From NCBI GenBank assembly GCA_020353515.1, contig CP070695.1, positions 4,561,414 through 4,625,413 of the forward strand: a stretch of DNA of 64,000 bases, given 5' to 3'. The translations under genes and the position numbers were made by a program. Positions 37,959 through 47,353 of the stretch are shown piece by piece. A model generated the notes under the pieces. The model saw only the letters and a program-made list of their open reading frames with translations. It made no database searches and had not been told where the DNA came from. Origin of the DNA: Candidatus Heimdallarchaeota archaeon. GTDB taxonomy: Archaea > Asgardarchaeota > Heimdallarchaeia > Hodarchaeales > Hodarchaeaceae. The first letter of the stretch is position 1; each line of letters starts with the position of its first letter.

Positions 37959-38381
37959 ATGTCTCTCCGACCAATACTACAAAAATTTGCAGAAGGCTTT
38001 TCGGTTACTGGAATCTTTTTACAAACTCCTCAGGAAATCTTTCCAATTATTCAACAAAAGGCTGATTCTCTTTTACTCCTTAAACGTCATCCAAATCTTC
38101 AAACTGGCATTACTGAATTGAAAGTAGAGGATACTAACATGGGGGTTTTGGTGGATGTGCTGGATTCTGATACAAACATCGTTATTATTTCAGCGCCCAA
38201 ACATATCCAAGAGATTTCAGCTCATTGGAAGCGCTTCCTCCCTGTAGTTAAAAAACAGATCCAAATAGAAGAATTTATTCGTCAGGAAAGTATTGAAAAT
38301 AAGTTAATTAATCGATTAGAAGACATTCGTATCGCACTCAACAAAACAACCACAATTTTGAAGGAGAAAATGAAAATATGA
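37959..38381 (+). CDS. Hypothetical protein, possible roadblock/longin-like fold with a C-terminal helix
   Basis: Helix-beta-beta-helix-beta-beta-beta-helix-like pattern by eye; ATGA overlap with the next gene. Confidence 0.55.
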   Translation: MSLRPILQKFAEGFSVTGIFLQTPQEIFPIIQQKADSLLLLKRHPNLQTGITELKVEDTNMGVLVDVLDSDTNIVIISAPKHIQEISAHWKRFLPVVKKQIQIEEFIRQESIENKLINRLEDIRIALNKTTTILKEKMKI

Positions 38382-39679
38382 ATCAGGATCCTAATAATTC
38401 AGAAGAATTAGACCTCCAACTTGCCCAACGGATCATTGAATTGACAAAAGTTGTAGAAGAAAACAAGGTGATGATTGAAAAACTCGCATCAAACTTGGAA
38501 CATGGGAATTCTACAATAGAAGAATGTGAAAAACAATTACAAGATTGGGATTTAAAACTTGGAACGAGTTTTGAGGAAATAAGAAACCAGATTAGTGCGT
38601 TGGATGAGAAATTAGAACAGCAAGACCAAAATGTGAAAAATGAAAATCAAAAATTCGTAACTCAAGTAACTGAATTAGAAGAAAAGCTCAACCACCAAAT
38701 TCAAAACATAGATACTAAATTCGATGAAGTCTCAAGTCAATTCACAGAAATCCAAGAAGTTCAAAACAAGCATGATGAAACAATTTCATCTCAACAAAAT
38801 ACTCTTGAGGAGCAAAAAACAGAAATTCAAGATCGTGTACGAGAAGAACAATTCAAGAATACCTTTGATGAAGCAGTAAAAGATCTTAATGAGAAAATAT
38901 CTTCTCTAAATCAAAATCAAGAATCCTTACAATCAGAAATAGAAAATTATATCGAAAAAACTCAGGAACAATTCGAAAGTCTAGCAAAAACAATAGAATT
39001 AGTAGCAGACGGATTATCACAGCTTGAAGACCAAAACAAGAATCATTCTTTAATTTTAGAAGAACAACGAAATAGTTTGCGTCAATTTAAACAGAAATTA
39101 AAAGATTTAATTAGTCTTTCAAAAGAGGATCAAAAAACTCATTTCGAAAATTTTTCACGGATTATTGAAAGCTACAATGAAAATATTCGAACAGAATTGA
39201 CCATTGCAGCACAATCGCTCAAAGAATCAGATACTCAGATCCTTGATGAAGTTTCAGCTAGTTTTATGCCGAAAAAAGTAGGAAAAGAACTTCAAAAGAC
39301 GATTGCTGATCTAGCAAGCGAACTAAAGATGGAAACTCAAAAAACACGCGATGATTTAGTGCAAGGTCTTCAGGAAAATGTCCAAGAATATGAAAAAACA
39401 ATGGAGGGACAAAATACAAGTATAAAAAATTATCAAAAACAATTGGAAGAATTTCAAGACGAAATTTTAGCCATTATTGATCGTAAAGTTAATGAGAAAT
39501 ATGAGGTAGTATTTTCTCTTCTATCAAAGGTAGCAGTTCAAGCTGAGGAGCTCGCTCTCCTTATAAAAACTTCAGAAATTCACATATCATCATTTTCTTC
39601 ACAGAAAGATCAAATTCTTTCGGTTAATGATGAAGAAAATCAAGAAGAAGAATTTTCTCCCTCCGAAAGCTCCTTATAA
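38378..39679 (+). CDS. Long coiled-coil protein
   Basis: About 400 aa of Q/E/K/L-rich heptads with almost no Pro/Gly; no ATPase motifs. Confidence 0.8.
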   Translation: MNQDPNNSEELDLQLAQRIIELTKVVEENKVMIEKLASNLEHGNSTIEECEKQLQDWDLKLGTSFEEIRNQISALDEKLEQQDQNVKNENQKFVTQVTELEEKLNHQIQNIDTKFDEVSSQFTEIQEVQNKHDETISSQQNTLEEQKTEIQDRVREEQFKNTFDEAVKDLNEKISSLNQNQESLQSEIENYIEKTQEQFESLAKTIELVADGLSQLEDQNKNHSLILEEQRNSLRQFKQKLKDLISLSKEDQKTHFENFSRIIESYNENIRTELTIAAQSLKESDTQILDEVSASFMPKKVGKELQKTIADLASELKMETQKTRDDLVQGLQENVQEYEKTMEGQNTSIKNYQKQLEEFQDEILAIIDRKVNEKYEVVFSLLSKVAVQAEELALLIKTSEIHISSFSSQKDQILSVNDEENQEEEFSPSESSL

Positions 39680-39784
39680 GACGATAAAGAATGAAATAAA
39701 AAATAGAAGAATTTTGAGAGAAATAATAGAAAAAATCAAAATGTTCGACATTACTATCTTATAGATTACTGATGTGAATAAACC

Positions 39785-40312
39785 GTGACGATGGAAAGAC
39801 CGCTTAAAGTAGTAATTGCGGGAGAAAAACGGGTTGGAAAGTCAACCCTCGTCCATAGATTTATTCATAATCAATTTCCATTGAGAGGATTACGATCAAC
39901 TGTAGGATTTGACTTCACCATCAAAACGATAACTCTAGAAGATGGGGCAACTACAGTTATTCATCTGTTTGATTTTGGGGGTGAACCTGGTTATAAGAAG
40001 ATATTTCCTCAATATGCTTCTGACAGTGATGGACTCATTCTCGCTTTCGATCCGTCACGAGAGGAAACACTTGATGCCTTACATGATTGGATAAATGTTT
40101 ATGACCAACGAGTACGTAAGAAAGAAAGTGTAAACTTTCTAGTTTCAACAAAAGCTGATTTAGGGATTTCTACTTCTCCTCTCAAAATAAATGAATTCAG
40201 GAATAAATATCCCATTGCAGAATATTTCAAAACGAGTGCTCTCACAGGGGAAAACACACAAAGAGTATTCCAAAGGATGGCTGTCATTATTCAACAATCC
40301 CGAAAAAAATGA
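39785..40312 (+). CDS. Rab-like small GTPase (divergent)
   Basis: GEKRVGKS, TVGFDF, FDFGGE, TKAD, TSALTG. Confidence 0.9.
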   Translation: MTMERPLKVVIAGEKRVGKSTLVHRFIHNQFPLRGLRSTVGFDFTIKTITLEDGATTVIHLFDFGGEPGYKKIFPQYASDSDGLILAFDPSREETLDALHDWINVYDQRVRKKESVNFLVSTKADLGISTSPLKINEFRNKYPIAEYFKTSALTGENTQRVFQRMAVIIQQSRKK

Positions 40313-40340
40313 TCATTTTACCTAAGAGGCTGCTATCATA

Positions 40341-40895
40341 ATGAAAACTAAATTCTTTGCCGACACAAGCATATTAACAGTTAAAGTAGTGGTAGCGGGT
40401 CCAGGAGGAGTGGGTAAAACCACATTACTAAAGCGATATGAGACAAATAACTTTATACCAGCGGTTAGTACTGTAGGCATCAATTTTTTGGTCATGGATC
40501 AGGAAGTCGGAGAAACTGTTTTACGAATTGCATATTGGGATTACGCAGGGGAAGATCGCTTTCGATCCCTCTTTCCTGGTTATTGTCAAGGTTCATCTGG
40601 CGCATTGGTTGCTTTTGATACATCCAGAATTCAAACCCTGTCAGAATTGCCTGAATGGTTAAGAATGATACGAGAACACAATGATCCAGATATTCCTATT
40701 GTTCTAATTGGAAATAAATTAGATACTACGAACGATAAAACTAGAGAATTGATTGTGAAGTCTGCAGGGAACTTTGTCAAAGAATATAATCTTTCTGGTT
40801 ATTATTTATGCTCTGCAAAGACTGGAGAGGGGATGGAATCACCATTTGCCCATTTAGGTATTCTTATAATTGAAAGTAAAAAACGTCAAAGGTAA
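40341..40895 (+). CDS. Rab-like small GTPase
   Basis: GPGGVGKT, TVGINF, WDYAGE, GNKLD, CSAKTG. Confidence 0.93.
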   Translation: MKTKFFADTSILTVKVVVAGPGGVGKTTLLKRYETNNFIPAVSTVGINFLVMDQEVGETVLRIAYWDYAGEDRFRSLFPGYCQGSSGALVAFDTSRIQTLSELPEWLRMIREHNDPDIPIVLIGNKLDTTNDKTRELIVKSAGNFVKEYNLSGYYLCSAKTGEGMESPFAHLGILIIESKKRQR

Positions 40896-40961
40896 ATAAA
40901 AAGTAAAACAGGGAGGTTTGAAGATCTTTGCTCCCTTCAACCAACAAAGATATCACTTGGG

Positions 40962-42455
40962 TTAAATAATAGCTTCTAGGATTCCATTCAGCTTCTCTTC
41001 AACAAATCCTCTAGCGGAAAGATATCGTTTGTAAAATTTCCTGTACTCATCACGCACCATTTTTTCGTATGAAATGAAGAATAAGAGAATTGTCGCGATT
41101 AACGAGGCAATACCCGCTAGTAAAAACATAATGGCTGTGAACGAATACTGCCAATCAATCAAAAATGTGAGTAAAAAACCACCTAAGATAGCAACAAACG
41201 GTTGAGTCCATAACGAGCCAAATTTATTGATGCCCATAAATTGAGCTTCTTTTCCTTCAGGTACCAGATCCGCAGGTAAAGAAGCACGGACAGCTTCAAT
41301 AAAAACCGCCCCAAAGCCTCCAATGGCAGCAATTATTATAAAAATATGATAATAATTCCCAATTTCTATACCAGCCAGTAAGAAACAAAACCCTGAGTAT
41401 ATTAGGGATCCAACAATAGCTGTTTTAACCTTACCAAATTTTTGGATGAAGAGCCCGGCGGGAATCGCCATAGCAGCTGAAACCAACCCTGTTACTAACA
41501 GGGCGAAAGGAGTTTGATCCTTAGGAAGCCCTGCCGCAACAAGATGGATAATCAGGTATAATGCAACTGCTTCACTAGCAAACCCCCAGAATGATTGAAC
41601 GAAGAACATTTTTCCAAAATCTGAACCCGAAAAATTAAGAAGGTACCGAGGTGTTTGTAAGATATCAGTAATGGGGGAATCAATAGGTGGATATGGAGGA
41701 TTTGCTTTTTCAACTAAAATGAAAACGAGAAATCCACAAACAATGATTATCAAAGCAGGAAATAGAAATAGACCAAATTCTGCTAAAAATGACAGTTGAA
41801 AAACATCAGCCAAATCCAAGAGAGCTGAAGTAAACACATCAAAAAATACTAATCCCATTAAGCTACCCAGTATTGTAAATCCAGCTAAAACCAATCCAAC
41901 CCATCCTCGTTGTTCTTTAGTAAATAACTCTGAAAGCAATGCTCCATGAGGAGATGAAGCTAATCCAAGACCTACATAGATCAGAAAAAAGCACAGTGGA
42001 AATAAGATTATCATCAGATCTTCATTTGCTGTTCCTGCAAAAATCGGGGTCAGAAGCAGCATTATACCTGCAAGTAAACTCCCACCTAATATATAAGGTG
42101 CCCGAGCTCCATACCTTGAACGGTAATCATCGGAAAAAGCACCACCTATAATTACAGTTGCTAGAAAACCAACTGACCCTGCAGCAATCGAATAACTAAA
42201 AATAGTTTCAGCAAGTTCTGGTGATAATTCAAGGAATTCCTGGAGATAACTGAGATTAAAATATGCTATAATGAATGCTACAATTACTGCATTCGCTGTC
42301 CCAAAAATACCTAAAGCGACAATATTTCTAACTTTCTGTGATAAGAATCGCGTTCTTAATTCTTGCGTTGTTAAGAACTTGAATCTTTTTTTACTTTCTT
42401 CAGGAACGTTATTTGATTTTTCAACATCCATTTCTGACACTTCAGCTACTACCAA
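40962..42455 (-). CDS. MFS transporter (GPH/SLC45-like)
   Basis: About 12 TM; GAFSDDYRSRYGARAPY loop motif; ALLSELF...QRG. Confidence 0.88.
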   Translation of the reverse strand: MVVAEVSEMDVEKSNNVPEESKKRFKFLTTQELRTRFLSQKVRNIVALGIFGTANAVIVAFIIAYFNLSYLQEFLELSPELAETIFSYSIAAGSVGFLATVIIGGAFSDDYRSRYGARAPYILGGSLLAGIMLLLTPIFAGTANEDLMIILFPLCFFLIYVGLGLASSPHGALLSELFTKEQRGWVGLVLAGFTILGSLMGLVFFDVFTSALLDLADVFQLSFLAEFGLFLFPALIIIVCGFLVFILVEKANPPYPPIDSPITDILQTPRYLLNFSGSDFGKMFFVQSFWGFASEAVALYLIIHLVAAGLPKDQTPFALLVTGLVSAAMAIPAGLFIQKFGKVKTAIVGSLIYSGFCFLLAGIEIGNYYHIFIIIAAIGGFGAVFIEAVRASLPADLVPEGKEAQFMGINKFGSLWTQPFVAILGGFLLTFLIDWQYSFTAIMFLLAGIASLIATILLFFISYEKMVRDEYRKFYKRYLSARGFVEEKLNGILEAII

Positions 42456-42882
42456 TTATTTTTCAGTAGAAATTTTTATTTTTTAAAATTCCTTTCAAAT
42501 CTGTTCATAATTCTACTTGTCGAACAAGTTAGGAGAAAATCTCATTTCGCAGAATTGGGAGGTATCAGAGGAAGATATCTTTTATAATATTCAATGATCT
42601 GAAAGTCTACATTCATTTCAAAAAAATACCCTCAAACGAAATTATAGGATAGGTTAATATTTCCACAGAAACAGAATTCTACTAATTCTTGATCTCATAC
42701 TATCCTTGTTTGAATACATTTATAATGGCAGATGTTAGGCTAGTTCCAGAAACTTATGAAAATTTAAAAGGAATGGCTTTAATCGCTAACCTATAATAGT
42801 ATTCATGGTAAGCATTTTTTCAAATTTTTGTTTTAAAGTTTTTTTTCAGTAAATATTGAAATTTAACAATGAGGTAGAACCA

Positions 42883-45800
42883 ATGGTACATATAAAGGAG
42901 ATAAGAATGACTGGGTGGAAGTCATATGGGCCTGGTACCGTTAGGATGCCTCTAGCAACAGGATTTACAGTAATAGTTGGACCAAACGGCAGTGGGAAAT
43001 CTAATAGCATAGATGGAGTCAACTTCTGTTTAGGAGCCTTGTCAAAAAAATCAATGAGAGCCGAAAAAATGATTGGCCTCATTTATAATGGAATCGGAGG
43101 AAAAAAACCAGCAGAAAGGGCTACAGTCGAAATTATATTTGACAATAGTGATTATGCTATTCCTCTTAAAGAAAAAGAAGTGATTGTTAGTCGAGAATTA
43201 AAACGAAATGGCTCTGGAACTTATAGATTGAATGGAAAGCGGACTACACGAACAGATATCTTGGATAAACTTCGGATCGCTGGAATAGATGTCATTAATT
43301 CCTACAATATTATCGCTCAGGGTCAAGTGGGCGAAATTGTCGGAATGAATCCCATACAACGACGTCAATTAATGGAAAACCTAGCTGGTGTTGGTCAATT
43401 TGATGAAAAAAAGAGGACAGCACTTATTGAGCTAGATGAAGCTCAGCGAAGAATGGATGAACTCCAATTATTAGTAAATGAAGTTGCCAAACGTGTTGAA
43501 GTTTTACGTAAGGAAAAAGAAGATGCAGAACGCTGGACTCAACTTGATCAAGAGATTCTACAGCTTAAAGCACTTTTAATTTCATATGCATTTCATAATA
43601 ATCAACAAAATGCTTCTCAATTCGATGAGGAAATAACAAACTTTCGTACAGATCAAGAAACCAAAATTAACGAACGTGAGCAAGCTAATGAAAGAATTGA
43701 AGAAGTTACTGAAAAAATTAGGTTTTTAGAAGATCAATCAATCCGATTAGAGACTTCTCTCTCAGAAATTCGAACATCAGCAGAAGAAAAGAATATAGAG
43801 AAAGCGAAAATCGAGGAAAAAACGGAATATAACAAGAAAACAATTAAATCTAATGAAAAGCGTATTAAACAACTCCAAGAGCGTTTAGATCAAATTGCCA
43901 AAAAAACCGAAGAAGATTTCAAAAATAAAGAGGAGTTAGAAGAATCAAAAAAGGAACTTCAGACAAAGATCGAGGAAACGCAAAATCAACGAGCAGCAAT
44001 TGAAAGTGAATTAGAGCAAAAAAGTCAGCAATATGATGAAATAAAAAATGAATATGATGATGCTGAGCGTAGACATCGAGTAGAAAGTGACCGATTGACA
44101 AAAACTCAGGTTTCTTTTGAAGTTTCGCAAAATATGGTAACTGCATTCCAAAATAATGTTAATGAGTTTGAAAAACGTCAAAAGGACCTAGAGGATCAAA
44201 TTTTAGCATCACAATCAAGATCTCAAGAACTTTCTCAAAGTCTAATAGAAGATCAAAAACAGCTCGATGAAGCCAAATCTAAGGTGGGAGACGTCGATCA
44301 GAAGAAAATGAATTTAGACACAAAGATAAACTCATTAGAGAGTGAGAGTCGGGAGCTTAATGATAAATATTTAGTCCTCAAGGCACGGATAGACACAATA
44401 TCGTCATTTTTAAAATCAGAAGAAGGAAAAGAGAACCCAGCAGTTTCTTTTATTAGTACCAGAGCAAATAATGGGGAAATTCAGGGTGTATTGGGAGAAT
44501 TTCAGAACTTATCAAGTGATGGGGAAAGTTTACCTACAGAAGTAGGTCATCTCTCCGATGCAATAATAACAGAATCAATTGATTCAGCTATTGGATGTAT
44601 CCAACTTTTAAAGGACAATGCGGTTGGTGCAGCTAATTTTATACCTTTGGAAAAGTATAAACTAAAATCTACTGAAAAATTCTCAAATATTGTAAAAAAG
44701 ATACGTGAACAGAACGAAGTAGTATCTAATCTCAAAGAAGCAGCAAAAACCTGGCGTAAAAGAGAACAGACAATCTCAACTGTTGATGGGGATGTATTTT
44801 ATTCTAATGGAATTATATATGGTGGATTTCACCTTGCTGCAGCACAAGAAACAGTTGATGAGCTTCGTACTGAAATGGATAACACACGTGAGCAACGGGA
44901 TAGTTTAAGAAATCAATTAAAAGAGGAACAAGAGAATAAAAAGAAGTTAATTGACCTTGAAAAAGTAATTACTCAATCTATTCAAAAATTGGAAAAACAG
45001 ATCCAGAATGCTACAATCCAACAAACTCAGCAAGAAAACGAGGTTAACCTCTACCAAGATAATATGGAGAAAAACAGACTGGAATTGGAACCCCTTCAAC
45101 AACAACTTCAAGATCGTTTGAAATCTAGAGACGAACAGCAAAAAGAAATGGAGTTCTATGAAGAAAGTCTTGAAAAAATCGCTAATGAGATCAGTGAAAT
45201 TGAACAAAGACTCGAAGCTGCTGATACACGACCTCTCCTGGAAAAAATGAATCAGGTTGAACAACAGCTTGGAAAGTTACAAGGGAAATTCACAGGTGTC
45301 GAATCACGGATTGAAAGTTTGGTTACAAGTAAAGAAGAAAAAGAGCAAAGATCAAAAGAAACTAGTGAGGAAATTAATGCAGTACAAGTCGAAAATGCAA
45401 ATTTAACAGGTGAATTACAAGCTTTAGAAGAACAACACACCCAATTAGGTGATCAGCTCTCAAAGATATTAGAAAATGAGGAAGAAGTATCAAGGGAGAT
45501 GAAAGATGTGAAATCAGACCTTGGTACTCAAAAGAAATATCAGGGGCAACTTATCAAAGATAAAGAAGAATTAAACGAAAATATTGCAAAATTTGAAGAA
45601 AAAATTACTGAAATTAAACTACAGCGTGAACGTTTAACTGTAGAACTGGAAAATCTACAGAATGAAGCGTCAGATCTCAACATTGAGATCATTCCTGCAG
45701 ATGCAGAAGAATTACAGAAAGTAAATAAAAGTAAGATTACGAAGGATATCGAGCAAAAGACTACTGAGAGGACGCGATTAGAACCCGTCAATATGAGAGC

Positions 45801-46464
45801 ATTGAAAGAATTTCAAGAAGAAAACGCCCGATACATTGAATTATTGGATCGGAGGGACATTCTTATAGAAGAACGTCAGGTGATTCTTGATTTTATTGAA
45901 GAGATAGAGACGGAGAAGTATAGCGTCTTTATGAAAGTCTTCCGATCTGTAAATAAACACTTTGGTTCAATCTTTCACGAATTATCAGGAGGAGATGCTA
46001 GATTAATCCTAGAAAAAGATCCAAAAAAGGGTGAGGATATTTTCGAGGGAGGTATGTTCATTGAGGCTCATCCTGCTGGAAAAAAGGTCGCTTCTCTTGA
46101 ATCCATGTCTGGTGGTGAGAAAGCATTGACTGCACTAGCATTTATCTTTGCAGTCCAAACTGTTGATGCTCAGCCATTTTATATCTTAGATGAAATCGAC
46201 GCTGCTTTAGATCCCATGAACGTTCGGAGAGTGGCAAAATTACTTTATCGAATGAGTAGAAGTGTGGGCCAAGAAGATGATGGAAAAACAGGAAGAGAAC
46301 GGAAATCTTCACCAGGTGCCCAATTCTTAGTTATCAGTCATCGTGACATCTTAATGGCATGGGCTGACAGATTATACGGTTGTACCAATGTTAAAGGATT
46401 AAGTTCCGTCTTCTCAATCCAGATGAGTGAAGAAAAACAGTTAGAACGGGCTGAAGCTTTCTAA
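42883..46464 (+). CDS. smc: Chromosome segregation ATPase SMC
   Basis: GWKSY, Walker A GPNGSGKSN, Q-loop IAQG, coiled coils, hinge GX6GX3GG (GDVFYSNGIIYGG), PVNMRA, signature MSGGEK, Walker B LDEIDAALD, ISH. Start at ATG 42883 after GAGGT. Confidence 0.97.
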   Translation: MVHIKEIRMTGWKSYGPGTVRMPLATGFTVIVGPNGSGKSNSIDGVNFCLGALSKKSMRAEKMIGLIYNGIGGKKPAERATVEIIFDNSDYAIPLKEKEVIVSRELKRNGSGTYRLNGKRTTRTDILDKLRIAGIDVINSYNIIAQGQVGEIVGMNPIQRRQLMENLAGVGQFDEKKRTALIELDEAQRRMDELQLLVNEVAKRVEVLRKEKEDAERWTQLDQEILQLKALLISYAFHNNQQNASQFDEEITNFRTDQETKINEREQANERIEEVTEKIRFLEDQSIRLETSLSEIRTSAEEKNIEKAKIEEKTEYNKKTIKSNEKRIKQLQERLDQIAKKTEEDFKNKEELEESKKELQTKIEETQNQRAAIESELEQKSQQYDEIKNEYDDAERRHRVESDRLTKTQVSFEVSQNMVTAFQNNVNEFEKRQKDLEDQILASQSRSQELSQSLIEDQKQLDEAKSKVGDVDQKKMNLDTKINSLESESRELNDKYLVLKARIDTISSFLKSEEGKENPAVSFISTRANNGEIQGVLGEFQNLSSDGESLPTEVGHLSDAIITESIDSAIGCIQLLKDNAVGAANFIPLEKYKLKSTEKFSNIVKKIREQNEVVSNLKEAAKTWRKREQTISTVDGDVFYSNGIIYGGFHLAAAQETVDELRTEMDNTREQRDSLRNQLKEEQENKKKLIDLEKVITQSIQKLEKQIQNATIQQTQQENEVNLYQDNMEKNRLELEPLQQQLQDRLKSRDEQQKEMEFYEESLEKIANEISEIEQRLEAADTRPLLEKMNQVEQQLGKLQGKFTGVESRIESLVTSKEEKEQRSKETSEEINAVQVENANLTGELQALEEQHTQLGDQLSKILENEEEVSREMKDVKSDLGTQKKYQGQLIKDKEELNENIAKFEEKITEIKLQRERLTVELENLQNEASDLNIEIIPADAEELQKVNKSKITKDIEQKTTERTRLEPVNMRALKEFQEENARYIELLDRRDILIEERQVILDFIEEIETEKYSVFMKVFRSVNKHFGSIFHELSGGDARLILEKDPKKGEDIFEGGMFIEAHPAGKKVASLESMSGGEKALTALAFIFAVQTVDAQPFYILDEIDAALDPMNVRRVAKLLYRMSRSVGQEDDGKTGRERKSSPGAQFLVISHRDILMAWADRLYGCTNVKGLSSVFSIQMSEEKQLERAEAF

Positions 46465-46485
46465 GATTAAATCTGAGGTTCTAAA

Positions 46486-47331
46486 TTGACTGAAGTAGTG
46501 GAAACAGAAGAGGAAGACGACGAAGACGATTATATTCGATTGTTCAGTCATAGTGGCCAATTCTTCCTCGAAGAGCCGTACATCTACCTCATCAATCCAG
46601 ATCTGTTTCCAGAACGGGTATCATTCATTCGTGATTTTAAAATGAAAGAGATACTTCCAGATTTTCATCAAAAATTACAGAAACAAGGATTAGATTTCCG
46701 AATTCTTGGTCAAGCAATATATTCAGCTTCACGTATTCACAAGAAGAAAGTTAGTGTCGCAATTCAATATGAAAAAAAGCAAGAAGAAAAACTAGCTATC
46801 CGCGCTAAAAGACGAGAATTTCAATTTAAGATTCCACTTCTTTTTTATGTAACTAGAGACCTCCTTGCTTTGGCAGAGTCAGCTGATCCTGAATCTTTTT
46901 ATGCTGAGCTCTTACTAGGCCTTCAAGAGGAAGATGAAAAGAAAAAATTAGAAAAGATTAAAGCAGAAAGGAAATTGATGAAGGGGGATGTGAAACGACG
47001 AAGACGAAAGTTAGAATTGGCAGACTTCGAAAGTTTTGACTATGAACTCGATTTAGACAGGGTTGCCATTGAAGATATTGTGAAAAATACATTTGAAATC
47101 ATTAAGAAAATTGCTTTCGAAGATAAGAATAAAGAAGCAGAATTTACGAAAGTTGTTAGAGAAATGGAGAGAGAAAGTAAAACTGATGAACAGAGACGTC
47201 TTATTAGAGCACGAGTGTTAATCTCTTGTCTTTACCTCTTCCGTGATGAGCTTATCACTGCAGAACAAGAGCTAAATCCTCCTTATGAAATTTATATTCA
47301 AGTAACTGCTAGAGGGAAAAGAAAAAAATAA
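46486..47331 (+). CDS. scpA: Kleisin (divergent ScpA)
   Basis: 21 bp after smc. N-terminal DFRILGQAIYSASRIHKKK helix and C-terminal winged helix RARVLISCLYLFRDELITAEQ...YEIYI. Confidence 0.8.
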   Translation: MTEVVETEEEDDEDDYIRLFSHSGQFFLEEPYIYLINPDLFPERVSFIRDFKMKEILPDFHQKLQKQGLDFRILGQAIYSASRIHKKKVSVAIQYEKKQEEKLAIRAKRREFQFKIPLLFYVTRDLLALAESADPESFYAELLLGLQEEDEKKKLEKIKAERKLMKGDVKRRRRKLELADFESFDYELDLDRVAIEDIVKNTFEIIKKIAFEDKNKEAEFTKVVREMERESKTDEQRRLIRARVLISCLYLFRDELITAEQELNPPYEIYIQVTARGKRKK

Positions 47332-47353
47332 GAAAAGAGGAAAAGGGACGAAA

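Noticed and set aside
38378-39679. Possible second SMC/Rad50 or ESCRT-III protein
   Set aside because: No Walker motifs, hinge or zinc hook; too long and lacking recognisable Snf7 features. Kept as a generic coiled coil.
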